64,000 nt of DNA from Pseudomonadales bacterium (GTDB taxonomy: Bacteria > Pseudomonadota > Gammaproteobacteria > Pseudomonadales > GM7GCV1), in the NCBI GenBank assembly GCA_965221105.1, contig OZ244871.1, positions 767,673 through 831,672 on the forward strand, given 5' to 3'. This document shows, piece by piece, positions 19,901-27,227 of this stretch (positions within the stretch are counted from its first letter, which is position 1; each line of letters begins with the position of its first letter). The notes below the pieces were generated by a model. The model was not told where the DNA came from and searched no databases. It worked only from the letters and a program-made list of their open reading frames with translations. The position numbers and the translations under genes were made by a program.

Positions 19901-20351
19901 CATTTGATTTTGACAGGGGAATCGCGCTGATCTTTCCTACCGCATTAACCGGTATACCCTCGACCAGAACAGATCGCTGATACCTCTGCCAATAAGTACC
20001 GCCTTCGGATTCATTTTTTTCACGACGATAATCTCCCCAAGTAGCCTTGGCATTTATCGTTTCAGTATCGGTAGAGACCAGGAAAGATAAACCCATAGAC
20101 GAAGGGCTAAAGCCCACAATCAGCGGAGGTTGTGGCTCGTACTCACCACCTTCATCATCATCACTCCCGGCCGCAAACTGGTCATTTTCAATTTCCGGTA
20201 TCTCGGTATCCAATGGAGCTAGGCGCCCAACGATATAACGGGTGGTGGGAAACTCTGTTATCGTTTCGTCTAGAGAAGTAGGCCCCATTAACTCGCGTGT
20301 AAGGGCCTCGAGAATTCTGGAGCGCGACTCTCGCTTACTGCTATCAGGCAT
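16920..20351 (-). CDS. drmA: DISARM DrmA, DExH-box helicase
   Basis: Helicase motifs are present: FPTGGGKTEAYLGLAAF (motif I), QDELHLISGPLGT (motif II) and QATSRVGRKHPG (motif VI). The ATG at 20351 lies in ATGCCTGA, overlapping the stop of the upstream methyltransferase. The ORF track extends to 20426. Confidence 0.8.
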   Translation of the reverse strand: MPDSSKRESRSRILEALTRELMGPTSLDETITEFPTTRYIVGRLAPLDTEIPEIENDQFAAGSDDDEGGEYEPQPPLIVGFSPSSMGLSFLVSTDTETINAKATWGDYRREKNESEGGTYWQRYQRSVLVEGIPVNAVGKISAIPLSKSNAPASIAITPDGFRRPGEDGDGDAQVFLEGVVHHIDGAKAISLFLVNRRPKGEDSDRAKDQQWLLQPRLEVFSSDTAPIFIAKDFDKDLSKDPEIATANILYRDAKEFATGHGVAAGWDGLNAERDRASILFTDFIPNFEVPSLIAQSGDIPGLNLDMRELSKFSTPSDLFSAIEPLILSYEQWVEDRKQEAKGEPFVSTPENQDTARVLIESCADAARRMRAGLELIRNEPKAFEAFLFANHVMWDQRIHVIWAGRNRDSGEIVGNPADFDEQHNRTWRPFQMGFILLNIASMVKKPEPGEKVAADRKLVDLLWFPTGGGKTEAYLGLAAFTLAYRRLRGDVNGLDSSAGVAIIMRYTLRLLTVQQFQRATALICACELVRQSNTEKWGDEPFKIGLWVGKATTPNDAKSSQKALEDLDEGKKPREGSPVQLVSCPRCGTSLVTPQGKPENQTYDFDNARLRTLVRCPNPKCEFCARKSNDQGLPVVVVDDEIYRECPSLVIATVDKFARMPFKGETQALFGLRNRYSPTYGHLTPGHGEKPNQRVVRDDQPARRLVPPELIIQDELHLISGPLGTMVGLYETAVDFLSRVEDETGVTIPAKIIASTATIRRAHEQIRQLYNRDLAIFPPSGLSSKDSFFAKEQEIKLDDDKMAGRLYVGLNAPGSSTKTLLVRVYAALLAAGEAEISRDPEAADPYATVVGYFNSLRALGGARRLVEDDIKKRLRYLAQQRGFPQRYINDPDELTSRLDSWRIPGLLKRLDNKFPREKDKQYPVDVLLATNMISVGVDIDRLGLMVVTGQPKSTAEYIQATSRVGRKHPGLVITMYNWLGARDLSHYEHFRAYHAALYRYVEAISVTPFSSRALDRGLRGAFAALQRLGAQNMAREVQAQNFDPASPGTDLMITDITLRAADLVGKKNAQLVKERLMSSRDDWAHYADDLLRYSWLKSGERPPNNARVLLKTSGTDNEGQWSTPGSLREVEPTAAFYLSDEE

Positions 20352-21591
20352 AGACGTTTTCCTTTTGCTCGCGTTTCTTTGCACCTGGACCTTTCCCTGT
20401 CCCGGGATGTGCATCGTGAGCACCAACCAACGTCAGATACTTTTTAGGCACAGCCTTAGGCTTTTCAGGCGGAGGACAGTCATTTCTCTTTTCAGGAATG
20501 AGCTTAAGCTGCTTGCGTACACGTTCACCAAAAAACTGTCGGCGTATTTCCAACCCAAAAAGTTCGCCAATAGCCGGAGGTACCGCATTGCCGATTTGCT
20601 TATGAGCTTCCCGTCGATCACCAGCAAACTGATAATCATCCGGGAAAGTTTGAAGACGGGCGAGTTCTCTAACCGATAGCAATCTTCCCTTCCAGTGAAA
20701 AGGGCCAGTTGCCGGACCTGGTTGTGCTTGAATTGTCCAGCTAGGCTTGTCTTTAGCCAGCTTTAGGAGAAACGACCAAAAACGTGTTCGCCAACCAAAC
20801 AGGGGTAATCCACCCGATTGTTCTGTGTGCCACTGGTAGTTTTGCCCTTCAGGTATGGTTGGCAATAAATCGCCCCATTTCCCAGATGGCTTAACGTCAT
20901 CAGGCCAAATATCGACATCCAAATCACCAATAGCATCCCAAACAGTTCTGTAGGGGCTTTTTGTTTCTTTTGTTATGGATGGATCGAAGTGTGTAGGAGC
21001 AGGAAGGCCGAACCGGGTGCCATCTCTACTTGCAATGATAAATACCCGCTCCCGCGACTGCGGCACGCCGTAATCAGCGGCATTAACTGCTATCACGTGA
21101 GGTTTGTAGCTCGTTTTCTTATCCCCGTTAATCCTGTTCAATTCATTTTCTAAAAGTTTTAAGCCTTCGTCTTTATCCGAATAGGCTATCCCCTTAACAT
21201 TTTCGAGCAGAATAACTTGTGGCAGAGCTTCGCGAACAAATTCAAGATAGGCTTTCAATGTCTTGGCGCGAGGATCTGACAACCGCTCAGTATCGCCTGT
21301 CACCCAGTAGCCCGATTTTGAGAAGGGTTGGCAAGGTGGTCCGCCAGCGAGTAGCGTAAGCTCCCTCGGCTTTAGACCGGATTGTTTCAATAATTGACCT
21401 GGTGTTAACGCGTGAATATCTCCGGGACAAGCTAGTTTCCACTTTGGATGGTTCAGGGTGAGCGTTTGCTGCGCGATATGATCGATCTCAACGCATAGTT
21501 TGTTGGTAAAGCCTGCCGTACCCAGCCCAATATCTAGCCCTCCGGCACCGCTGAATAGCGAAATCATTGTTTTGATAGGCTTCTTACTCAC
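20344..21591 (-). CDS. drmMII: DNA (cytosine-5)-methyltransferase, DrmMII-like by context
   Basis: C5-MTase motifs are present: ISLFSGAGGLDIGL (I), GGPPCQPFS (IV), ENVKG (VI) and QIGNAVPP (X). The GTG start overlaps the stop of the HTH gene (GTGA). Confidence 0.75.
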   Translation of the reverse strand: MSKKPIKTMISLFSGAGGLDIGLGTAGFTNKLCVEIDHIAQQTLTLNHPKWKLACPGDIHALTPGQLLKQSGLKPRELTLLAGGPPCQPFSKSGYWVTGDTERLSDPRAKTLKAYLEFVREALPQVILLENVKGIAYSDKDEGLKLLENELNRINGDKKTSYKPHVIAVNAADYGVPQSRERVFIIASRDGTRFGLPAPTHFDPSITKETKSPYRTVWDAIGDLDVDIWPDDVKPSGKWGDLLPTIPEGQNYQWHTEQSGGLPLFGWRTRFWSFLLKLAKDKPSWTIQAQPGPATGPFHWKGRLLSVRELARLQTFPDDYQFAGDRREAHKQIGNAVPPAIGELFGLEIRRQFFGERVRKQLKLIPEKRNDCPPPEKPKAVPKKYLTLVGAHDAHPGTGKGPGAKKREQKENVYA

Positions 21592-21818
21592 AAATGATTC
21601 TCGTTTTTTTGGTATTCCAGTAGTTCACCAACGGAAATTGAAAGATATTCACAAAGTGTGTTGATCGTTTCTAAGTCGACACGCACCAGCGTTTCATGGT
21701 ACATCCTGGTTAGTGTCCCCCGGTTGATTCCAGTGTCTCTGGCGACATCTGAAATTTTGAGCTTTCGCTCACCCAACACCCTAGAGAGGTGACACTTTAT
21801 CATCGGGATATCGCCCAA
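21588..21818 (-). CDS. Small XRE/Cro-type HTH protein (controller-like) heading the minus-strand DISARM unit
   Basis: The HTH_3-like segment is KLKISDVARDTGINRGTLTRMYH, in an ORF of 76 aa or less. The ORF is translationally coupled to the C5-MTase. Confidence 0.7.
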   Translation of the reverse strand: MGDIPMIKCHLSRVLGERKLKISDVARDTGINRGTLTRMYHETLVRVDLETINTLCEYLSISVGELLEYQKNENHL

Positions 21819-22028
21819 ATTGCTCTACAGAAGATCATTTTTTGCTTTATACGCTACATATTACACCATTATGCCGTCTGGGCAAGAAGTTCATCGCCGT
21901 GGGTCGCTAGATATAACAATTCCTCATGTTTTCTTCTTTTCTGCAGTCCTTTGAGCTTCCGACACCAGCCCATAACCAACGCACCAGCATGATTGGGGCC
22001 TCACCGCATTCACCATGATTCACTTTCC

Positions 22029-24317
22029 TTAACTACCACGCATGGTAATAATCTTCCCACCAGCATTTTCGATCGCGTCAAAAACCAAGTCCCGAACATT
22101 ACTCAAGAACTCCGAAGACTGAGGCGTCAACTCGATACCGGGTATTGGTGCAGCGGTTTGGTAGATGTTTCGAACATCGCGTGCGCGATCATACGAAGAC
22201 CCTCTGCCAGCATGCTCGAAGGCACGCGACCAATCGATTAAGTGCTCCTGGATCAATCGTTCCATCGCCAACGAATGCAGGGACTGGAACACCTCACTGC
22301 GAACAACATCGATCGCCTCGGACTCCTCCTCTTCGTTATTACCATGGGGATCCCACTGCACGGGTTTATCGAGAAAGCGGGAAATCCCCTCACTGAGGCG
22401 GGCGATCAATTCTGCGACCGGTCTCAGGTAGTCGTACTCCACACCCCCCATCCTTGCGACACGCCTCGTCAACGCCTTGATACGGGTCCAGTGTTCCTTC
22501 GAGACGCTCTCTTGATACTGGTAACCAAGTCTGGCGTTCCATAACGACTGGAATTCCTGTGTCGCCGCTTGCACCGCAAACGACAGACTCGCGGGATCGT
22601 AAACCGGTGCAGCTGCCGGCGGCTCGAAGGGTTCGATAGCACTGCGGAAAAAATTCACCAGAGCGCCGAGTTGTGAGAAAACCCCTTTTGGGATCTTTGA
22701 AGCAGGCTTGTCCAGCGCGCCTAGCATGAAGCACCGGCTGTACAGGTGCCCTTCCATGCTATTGATCACGGAATCGCCCACCGTCGTACGCATGTTGCTA
22801 AGCGCGTTCTTCACCGAAGCCAAAACATGATCGCGTCGATCTGCAAAGCCGGAGAAATTGACGCCTTTAACCTGATCGAAATGGGTAAACGCTACGGCCA
22901 ATTTGTCCTGGTGGCCACTGGTTGCAACTGAACGTACTACAGAAAGAGACCAAGGCTGCATGGGTTGCTCGGCGTTATCAACGAGGAGAATAACATCAGC
23001 CATCTGGTATCGACTGGTGAAGTGCGTGGACACATCCGCCACCGTTTCGGACACATGTCCCAAGCCTTCTCCATCCATGAGCACCAGCCCCCTTGTCTCG
23101 CCAATTGCCTCGGCAAAGAACGGACCGCGAACCCGCACACCTTGCACGAAGGGTGTCAGTAATCGCCCGAATGCTGGCGCATAGTTGCTCGAAAACCAAC
23201 GAACTTGATTGATGAAATCTTCCCTATCGGCAGATTCGAACGTCCATCTCTCGGGCCATTTTCCCTTTCGCTTGAGTTCGCCGGCCGTCAGGTAGTCAAA
23301 CCGTTTCAAGACCTGATCGATGATGTCTTCGATGAGAGCATCGTAGCCTGGCATTTTTTCGAGGATTTCCTCAAAGTAATCCAATACCAAGTCGAGATCC
23401 TCTCCCTTGAGGCGCAATACATCTTCACCCCACTCTTCCGAGACCTTGGCTATGGCGACTTCTGCTATCTCTCTGATGCGCTTGGCATACTCCGAGAGTT
23501 TCTCCTGCATCTCTCGGCGCTCATCAGCTGATGGGTAGGCACCCTCTTCTGAGACTTGTTCAGATTCTGTTTCAGATTGCTCCTCTACGTCATCGAAACC
23601 CCAGTCGTCATCGTCTGCCTGAATCTCCTGCTCGGACCAAGACCCCAAGATATAGCCCAACCGAAAGCGCTGATCCCTATGGTTGAGCAACTCCTTGACG
23701 ACCTTCTCATCTGATTCACCCCGCCAGACAGCCTTGCAGGCCTCGTCGATTGATTCCTGGGTATAGGTCCGCACGGTTCCTTCGGGGAAGAAGGTCACGA
23801 CAGACTGAAAATCACCATAATCCGTAATGACCTCGATATCCGATACGGTGGTTTTGCCAGTGGAGGTCGATGGGAAACGATCTTTTTCCGGATGGGAGCC
23901 GATCATGAGTCTTAATAACGATGTCTTGCCTGCTCCGGTGGTCCCAAGGAATAGCACCTTGGTGAAGCCTTCTTCTGCAGACGGAATCGGGATTACTTCA
24001 TCTCTGGCCTTCCAGGGATCAAGGTGTGCATCAGCCACCATGGGATCATAAAAACCATCGACTATTACCTTGGCAAACTGACGTTCTGCCCGTCCTTTCT
24101 GGCTAAGACTCCAATACGATTCATCGCCGAGAAGCACGTTCATTTCGCTGACGAGCTTGTCTGCTTCCGCTTCGTCCGTGGTTCCCAGACCTCTTCTCAC
24201 CTTGATTCCGCTGCTGCTGCGCGGATCTTTCTTTACAACAGGATGACGGAAGGTAACCGCCCAGGCACTTCTACCCTGCGAACGAGTTTTTGAAGCCGAA
24301 TATCGTTGTTTCACCAT
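22029..24317 (-). CDS. Uncharacterised GTPase-like P-loop NTPase with an integrase-arm-like N-terminal domain
   Basis: Walker A GTTGAGKTS is encoded at 23919-23945. A DxxG-type motif (LVLMDGEGLGH) sits at aa 412-422 and a [NT]KxD-like AFTHFDQV at about aa 477. The N-terminal 65 aa (GRSAWAVTFRHP...GIKVRRGLGTTDEAEADKL) resemble arm-type DNA-binding domains of tyrosine integrases. The ATG at 24317 is preceded by GAGGAG. Confidence 0.6.
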   Translation of the reverse strand: MVKQRYSASKTRSQGRSAWAVTFRHPVVKKDPRSSSGIKVRRGLGTTDEAEADKLVSEMNVLLGDESYWSLSQKGRAERQFAKVIVDGFYDPMVADAHLDPWKARDEVIPIPSAEEGFTKVLFLGTTGAGKTSLLRLMIGSHPEKDRFPSTSTGKTTVSDIEVITDYGDFQSVVTFFPEGTVRTYTQESIDEACKAVWRGESDEKVVKELLNHRDQRFRLGYILGSWSEQEIQADDDDWGFDDVEEQSETESEQVSEEGAYPSADERREMQEKLSEYAKRIREIAEVAIAKVSEEWGEDVLRLKGEDLDLVLDYFEEILEKMPGYDALIEDIIDQVLKRFDYLTAGELKRKGKWPERWTFESADREDFINQVRWFSSNYAPAFGRLLTPFVQGVRVRGPFFAEAIGETRGLVLMDGEGLGHVSETVADVSTHFTSRYQMADVILLVDNAEQPMQPWSLSVVRSVATSGHQDKLAVAFTHFDQVKGVNFSGFADRRDHVLASVKNALSNMRTTVGDSVINSMEGHLYSRCFMLGALDKPASKIPKGVFSQLGALVNFFRSAIEPFEPPAAAPVYDPASLSFAVQAATQEFQSLWNARLGYQYQESVSKEHWTRIKALTRRVARMGGVEYDYLRPVAELIARLSEGISRFLDKPVQWDPHGNNEEEESEAIDVVRSEVFQSLHSLAMERLIQEHLIDWSRAFEHAGRGSSYDRARDVRNIYQTAAPIPGIELTPQSSEFLSNVRDLVFDAIENAGGKIITMRGS

Positions 24318-24429
24318 CACCGTCTCCTCTGGGGCCAGCCGCCTATCGTTGTTCCACGTTGCCGCGGCTTCATCGAACCCTGAGCCACTAAAATTCTCTG
24401 AAATTGTGGGTCTTGATTCTAAATAATTC

Positions 24430-24447
24430 GTGTACTATATAGTACAC
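24430..24447. promoter_or_regulatory. Perfect 18-bp palindrome (putative operator with embedded -10-like TATATA)
   Basis: gtgtactatatagtacac is its own reverse complement and ends directly at the ATG (24448) of the XRE gene. It lies in the divergent intergenic region shared with the NTPase gene. Confidence 0.6.
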
Positions 24448-24798
24448 ATGACATTCGGAGAATACATCCGTGAACATCGCGAGGCCCTGAAGTCAGAGGA
24501 TCGGCGGTTTTCGGTACGGCAGGTCGCTCAGCGAATCGGTGTGGAGCCCGCCTATCTCAGCAAGATAGAACGCGGGGATGTGGCGCCACCGTCGGAGGCG
24601 AAGATCCGGGCATTGGCCGAGGAGCTTGGCGAAGACCCGGATGTGCTGCTGGCAATGGCCGGGAAGGTATCGACGGATTTACAGGAGATCATTCGCAAGC
24701 GGCCGCAACTGTTCGCTGACCTGATCCGCCAGCTCAAATCCGCACCGGATCACGCCCTGTTGCGTATTGCCCGGGATGTCCGTGATGGCGACTGGTAA
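24448..24798 (+). CDS. XRE-family HTH transcriptional regulator
   Basis: The motif FSVRQVAQRIGVEPAYLSKIERGDVAPPS is a canonical HTH_3. I prefer the ATG at 24448 because the upstream in-frame codons are the palindrome itself. Confidence 0.8.
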   Translation: MTFGEYIREHREALKSEDRRFSVRQVAQRIGVEPAYLSKIERGDVAPPSEAKIRALAEELGEDPDVLLAMAGKVSTDLQEIIRKRPQLFADLIRQLKSAPDHALLRIARDVRDGDW

Positions 24799-24831
24799 CA
24801 CCTGAATTATTGACTCAGGGGAGAAAAGACA

Positions 24832-25158
24832 ATGATCGAACTAATGAACAACCAACTGACCTTCCGGTTTCCGGATGTCCACAAGAAAGCGGTGTGTAGC
24901 ATCGACTTCCAGCGCACCCTGCGGATCCCGGATGATAACCGGGAATACCCCCTCCCCCCGGGTTTGGGTCGTTTCCCGGTGGAGCACGTGGATGACTTCG
25001 CAGACAACTTGCCTGATACCTGGCAGACACATGGTGGCGTCTTCATACCCATGTATCAGTCAGAGGCGCTGTGGATCAATTTCTCTGGTGACTACCCCTG
25101 CGCCGTCAAGATTGACCTTGAGACGGTCGTGGACTTCAGCGTCGAAGTTTTCCAATAG
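24832..25158 (+). pseudogene. 5' fragment of an unknown conserved-looking gene, co-oriented with the XRE gene
   Basis: The ATG is preceded by a good RBS (ggggagaaaag). The well-formed sequence (RTLRIPDDNREYPLPPGLGRFPVEHVDD...GGVFIPMYQSEALWINF...YPCAVKI) runs to about 25113. After that the ORF only reads the antisense of the SNF2 gene before stopping. Confidence 0.45.
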
Positions 25159-27084
25159 CTTCTTGCGAGTATCCTTTAACGTCTCGTCGATGCGTTCCGC
25201 CATTTCACTTTGCAGAAACTTAAAGGCCGTTTCAATTTCTTCCGGTGTACGACAAGTCTGATAAATACCAACTATGCGCTTTTCAAACTCAACACCCGAT
25301 TCAACTGCGCCCAAAACCTCATCGCTTGCTCCAAAGACACCGGAAAACAGTTGGAACTTCTCCGACAATAGCTCGTAGACGCGCTGGTCTGCGGCATTGT
25401 TCTTGTTCAGGAAATTAATGACGACAACGTCGTGCTTTTGACCATATCTATGGCAGCGACCGATACGCTGTTCAATTCGCTGAGGGTTCCACGGTAGATC
25501 ATAATTTACAACGATTGAGCAAAATTGAAGGTTAATTCCCTCTGCTGCCGCTTCCGTGGCGATCATGATCTCGGCGTGATGCCGGAATTGGTCAACCAAT
25601 GCCGCTCGCATATCCGCCGTTCTTGATCCCGTTACTTTGTCTGAACCGGCGTTTTCTGTAATCCAGTGCTCGTAAATTGATTTCGATTGGCGGTCGGTAT
25701 TTGATCCGTTAAAAAGAACAAGTTTACCTTCAAAGCCGTTTTTAAATAGCAGCTCTTGTAAATACTCCTGGGTACGGCGGGATTCGGTAAAGATTATAGC
25801 TTTACGAGGACCGTCCAACTCTGCCGCCTTTTTAAATCCAGCTTCCAAAGCACTCAATAGTGCTTGTCCTTTAGCATTCTCCGTAATGGATACAGCGAGA
25901 TCTCTGAATTCTTTGAGTTCATCGATCTCGTGCTTGATTGCCTCTATATCATCATCACTTAGTAACTCAGGTTCCTCGTCTTCACTCCATTCTTCAGCTT
26001 CCTCAGCAAACCCGTCAAAGTCACTCGTGACTTCTTGAATGCTTTCTTCTTCGTTTAGGCTTTGACGAAGGGCTTCATTCTCTTTCAGACTTTTTTCCAG
26101 CTTTCGAGCCAGACTGTCTAATGCACCAGCGATAGCGAATGTAGAGGACGCTAACAGCTTGCGCATGATTAATGTCATTAGTGTGCGTTGGGCTCTTGGT
26201 AGCGCGTTCAGTGACGGTCGGCGCAAGTATTCGGAAACGAGGTCATAGAGAATCTGCTCGTCTTCGGTTGGGACGAATTCTTGTGTAATCGGAATGCGAT
26301 TTGTATAGCGAATATATTCCAGAACTTGTCGGCGAAGTGTGCGGTGACAAATTGGCTTCAATCGTTCTTTCAATTCGCCAAACTGACTATCTCCGGTTAA
26401 TCGCGCATACTGGGAGCGGAAACTTTTTACATCTCCAAAGGCATAATCATCGATCAAACTTACCAAGCCATACAGTTCCATCAGCGAGTTCTGAAGAGGT
26501 GTCGCCGTTAAAAGCACTTTCGGCGCATTTTCTAAAGCGGCTTTTAAAGTCTTTCCGATCTTATTGTCCGTCCTATAGACGTTTCTAAGTCTGTGTGCTT
26601 CGTCAATGACAGCTAAATCCCAGGAAGTGATCGTTAGTTCATCAGCGTGTCGCGCTGCAAACTGGAATGAACAAATGACAATCGCTGTCTGTTCAAAAGG
26701 GTTGCGCACGCCATCCTTGACCATGCGATTAAAATTCTTAGCTTCTAAGATCAGGGTGGGGAGATAAAATTTCTCTTCTATCTCCTGTGACCACTGTTTA
26801 CGTAAGTTGGCGGGCGCCACAATGAGAATACGTCTTTTTCCTTCTGACCATTTTTGGGAGAGCAGCAGACCAGCTTCAATAGTTTTGCCTAATCCTACTT
26901 CATCGGCCAGAATTGCCCCCTTAGAGAACGGAGACTTGAATGCGAATAAAGCCGCTTCGACCTGGTGTGGGTTCAGATCGACTTGAGCATCTAACAATGT
27001 ACTGGCCAACTTCTCCGAATCACTAGCCGAATGACGTCGAGACAGCTGGTGGGCGAAAAGCTTCGCGTGATATTCAGTGGTCAT
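25060..27084 (-). CDS. SNF2-family helicase, probably 3'-truncated
   Basis: SNF2 motifs are present: ILADEVGLGKTIEAG, VIDEAHRLRN, ATEAAAEGINLQ and DLPWNPQRIEQRIGRCHRYGQ. The last roughly 17 codons overlap the convergent fragment. As I recall, family members with this N-terminus are considerably longer. Confidence 0.7.
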   Translation of the reverse strand: MTTEYHAKLFAHQLSRRHSASDSEKLASTLLDAQVDLNPHQVEAALFAFKSPFSKGAILADEVGLGKTIEAGLLLSQKWSEGKRRILIVAPANLRKQWSQEIEEKFYLPTLILEAKNFNRMVKDGVRNPFEQTAIVICSFQFAARHADELTITSWDLAVIDEAHRLRNVYRTDNKIGKTLKAALENAPKVLLTATPLQNSLMELYGLVSLIDDYAFGDVKSFRSQYARLTGDSQFGELKERLKPICHRTLRRQVLEYIRYTNRIPITQEFVPTEDEQILYDLVSEYLRRPSLNALPRAQRTLMTLIMRKLLASSTFAIAGALDSLARKLEKSLKENEALRQSLNEEESIQEVTSDFDGFAEEAEEWSEDEEPELLSDDDIEAIKHEIDELKEFRDLAVSITENAKGQALLSALEAGFKKAAELDGPRKAIIFTESRRTQEYLQELLFKNGFEGKLVLFNGSNTDRQSKSIYEHWITENAGSDKVTGSRTADMRAALVDQFRHHAEIMIATEAAAEGINLQFCSIVVNYDLPWNPQRIEQRIGRCHRYGQKHDVVVINFLNKNNAADQRVYELLSEKFQLFSGVFGASDEVLGAVESGVEFEKRIVGIYQTCRTPEEIETAFKFLQSEMAERIDETLKDTRKKLLENFDAEVHDRLKVNLDGAGVVTREIDPQRL

Positions 27085-27227
27085 CCTTTACCTTTCTTGC
27101 CATTTCTTGGGCTTGTTTGTTGATCCAGTGTCCGATGACTGACTGATAGAGGAGGTGAAGATTTCAGGATTAAACGAACCTTGGGTGATGTCCTTACATG
27201 GTTCACATGTATTAATTACTGACTGCA

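Noticed and set aside
24430-24447. The ORF-track start of the XRE gene is at 24430 (MYYIVHM...).
   Set aside because: Those six codons are the perfect palindrome itself, read from a GTG. The ATG at 24448 gives a standard XRE N-terminus.
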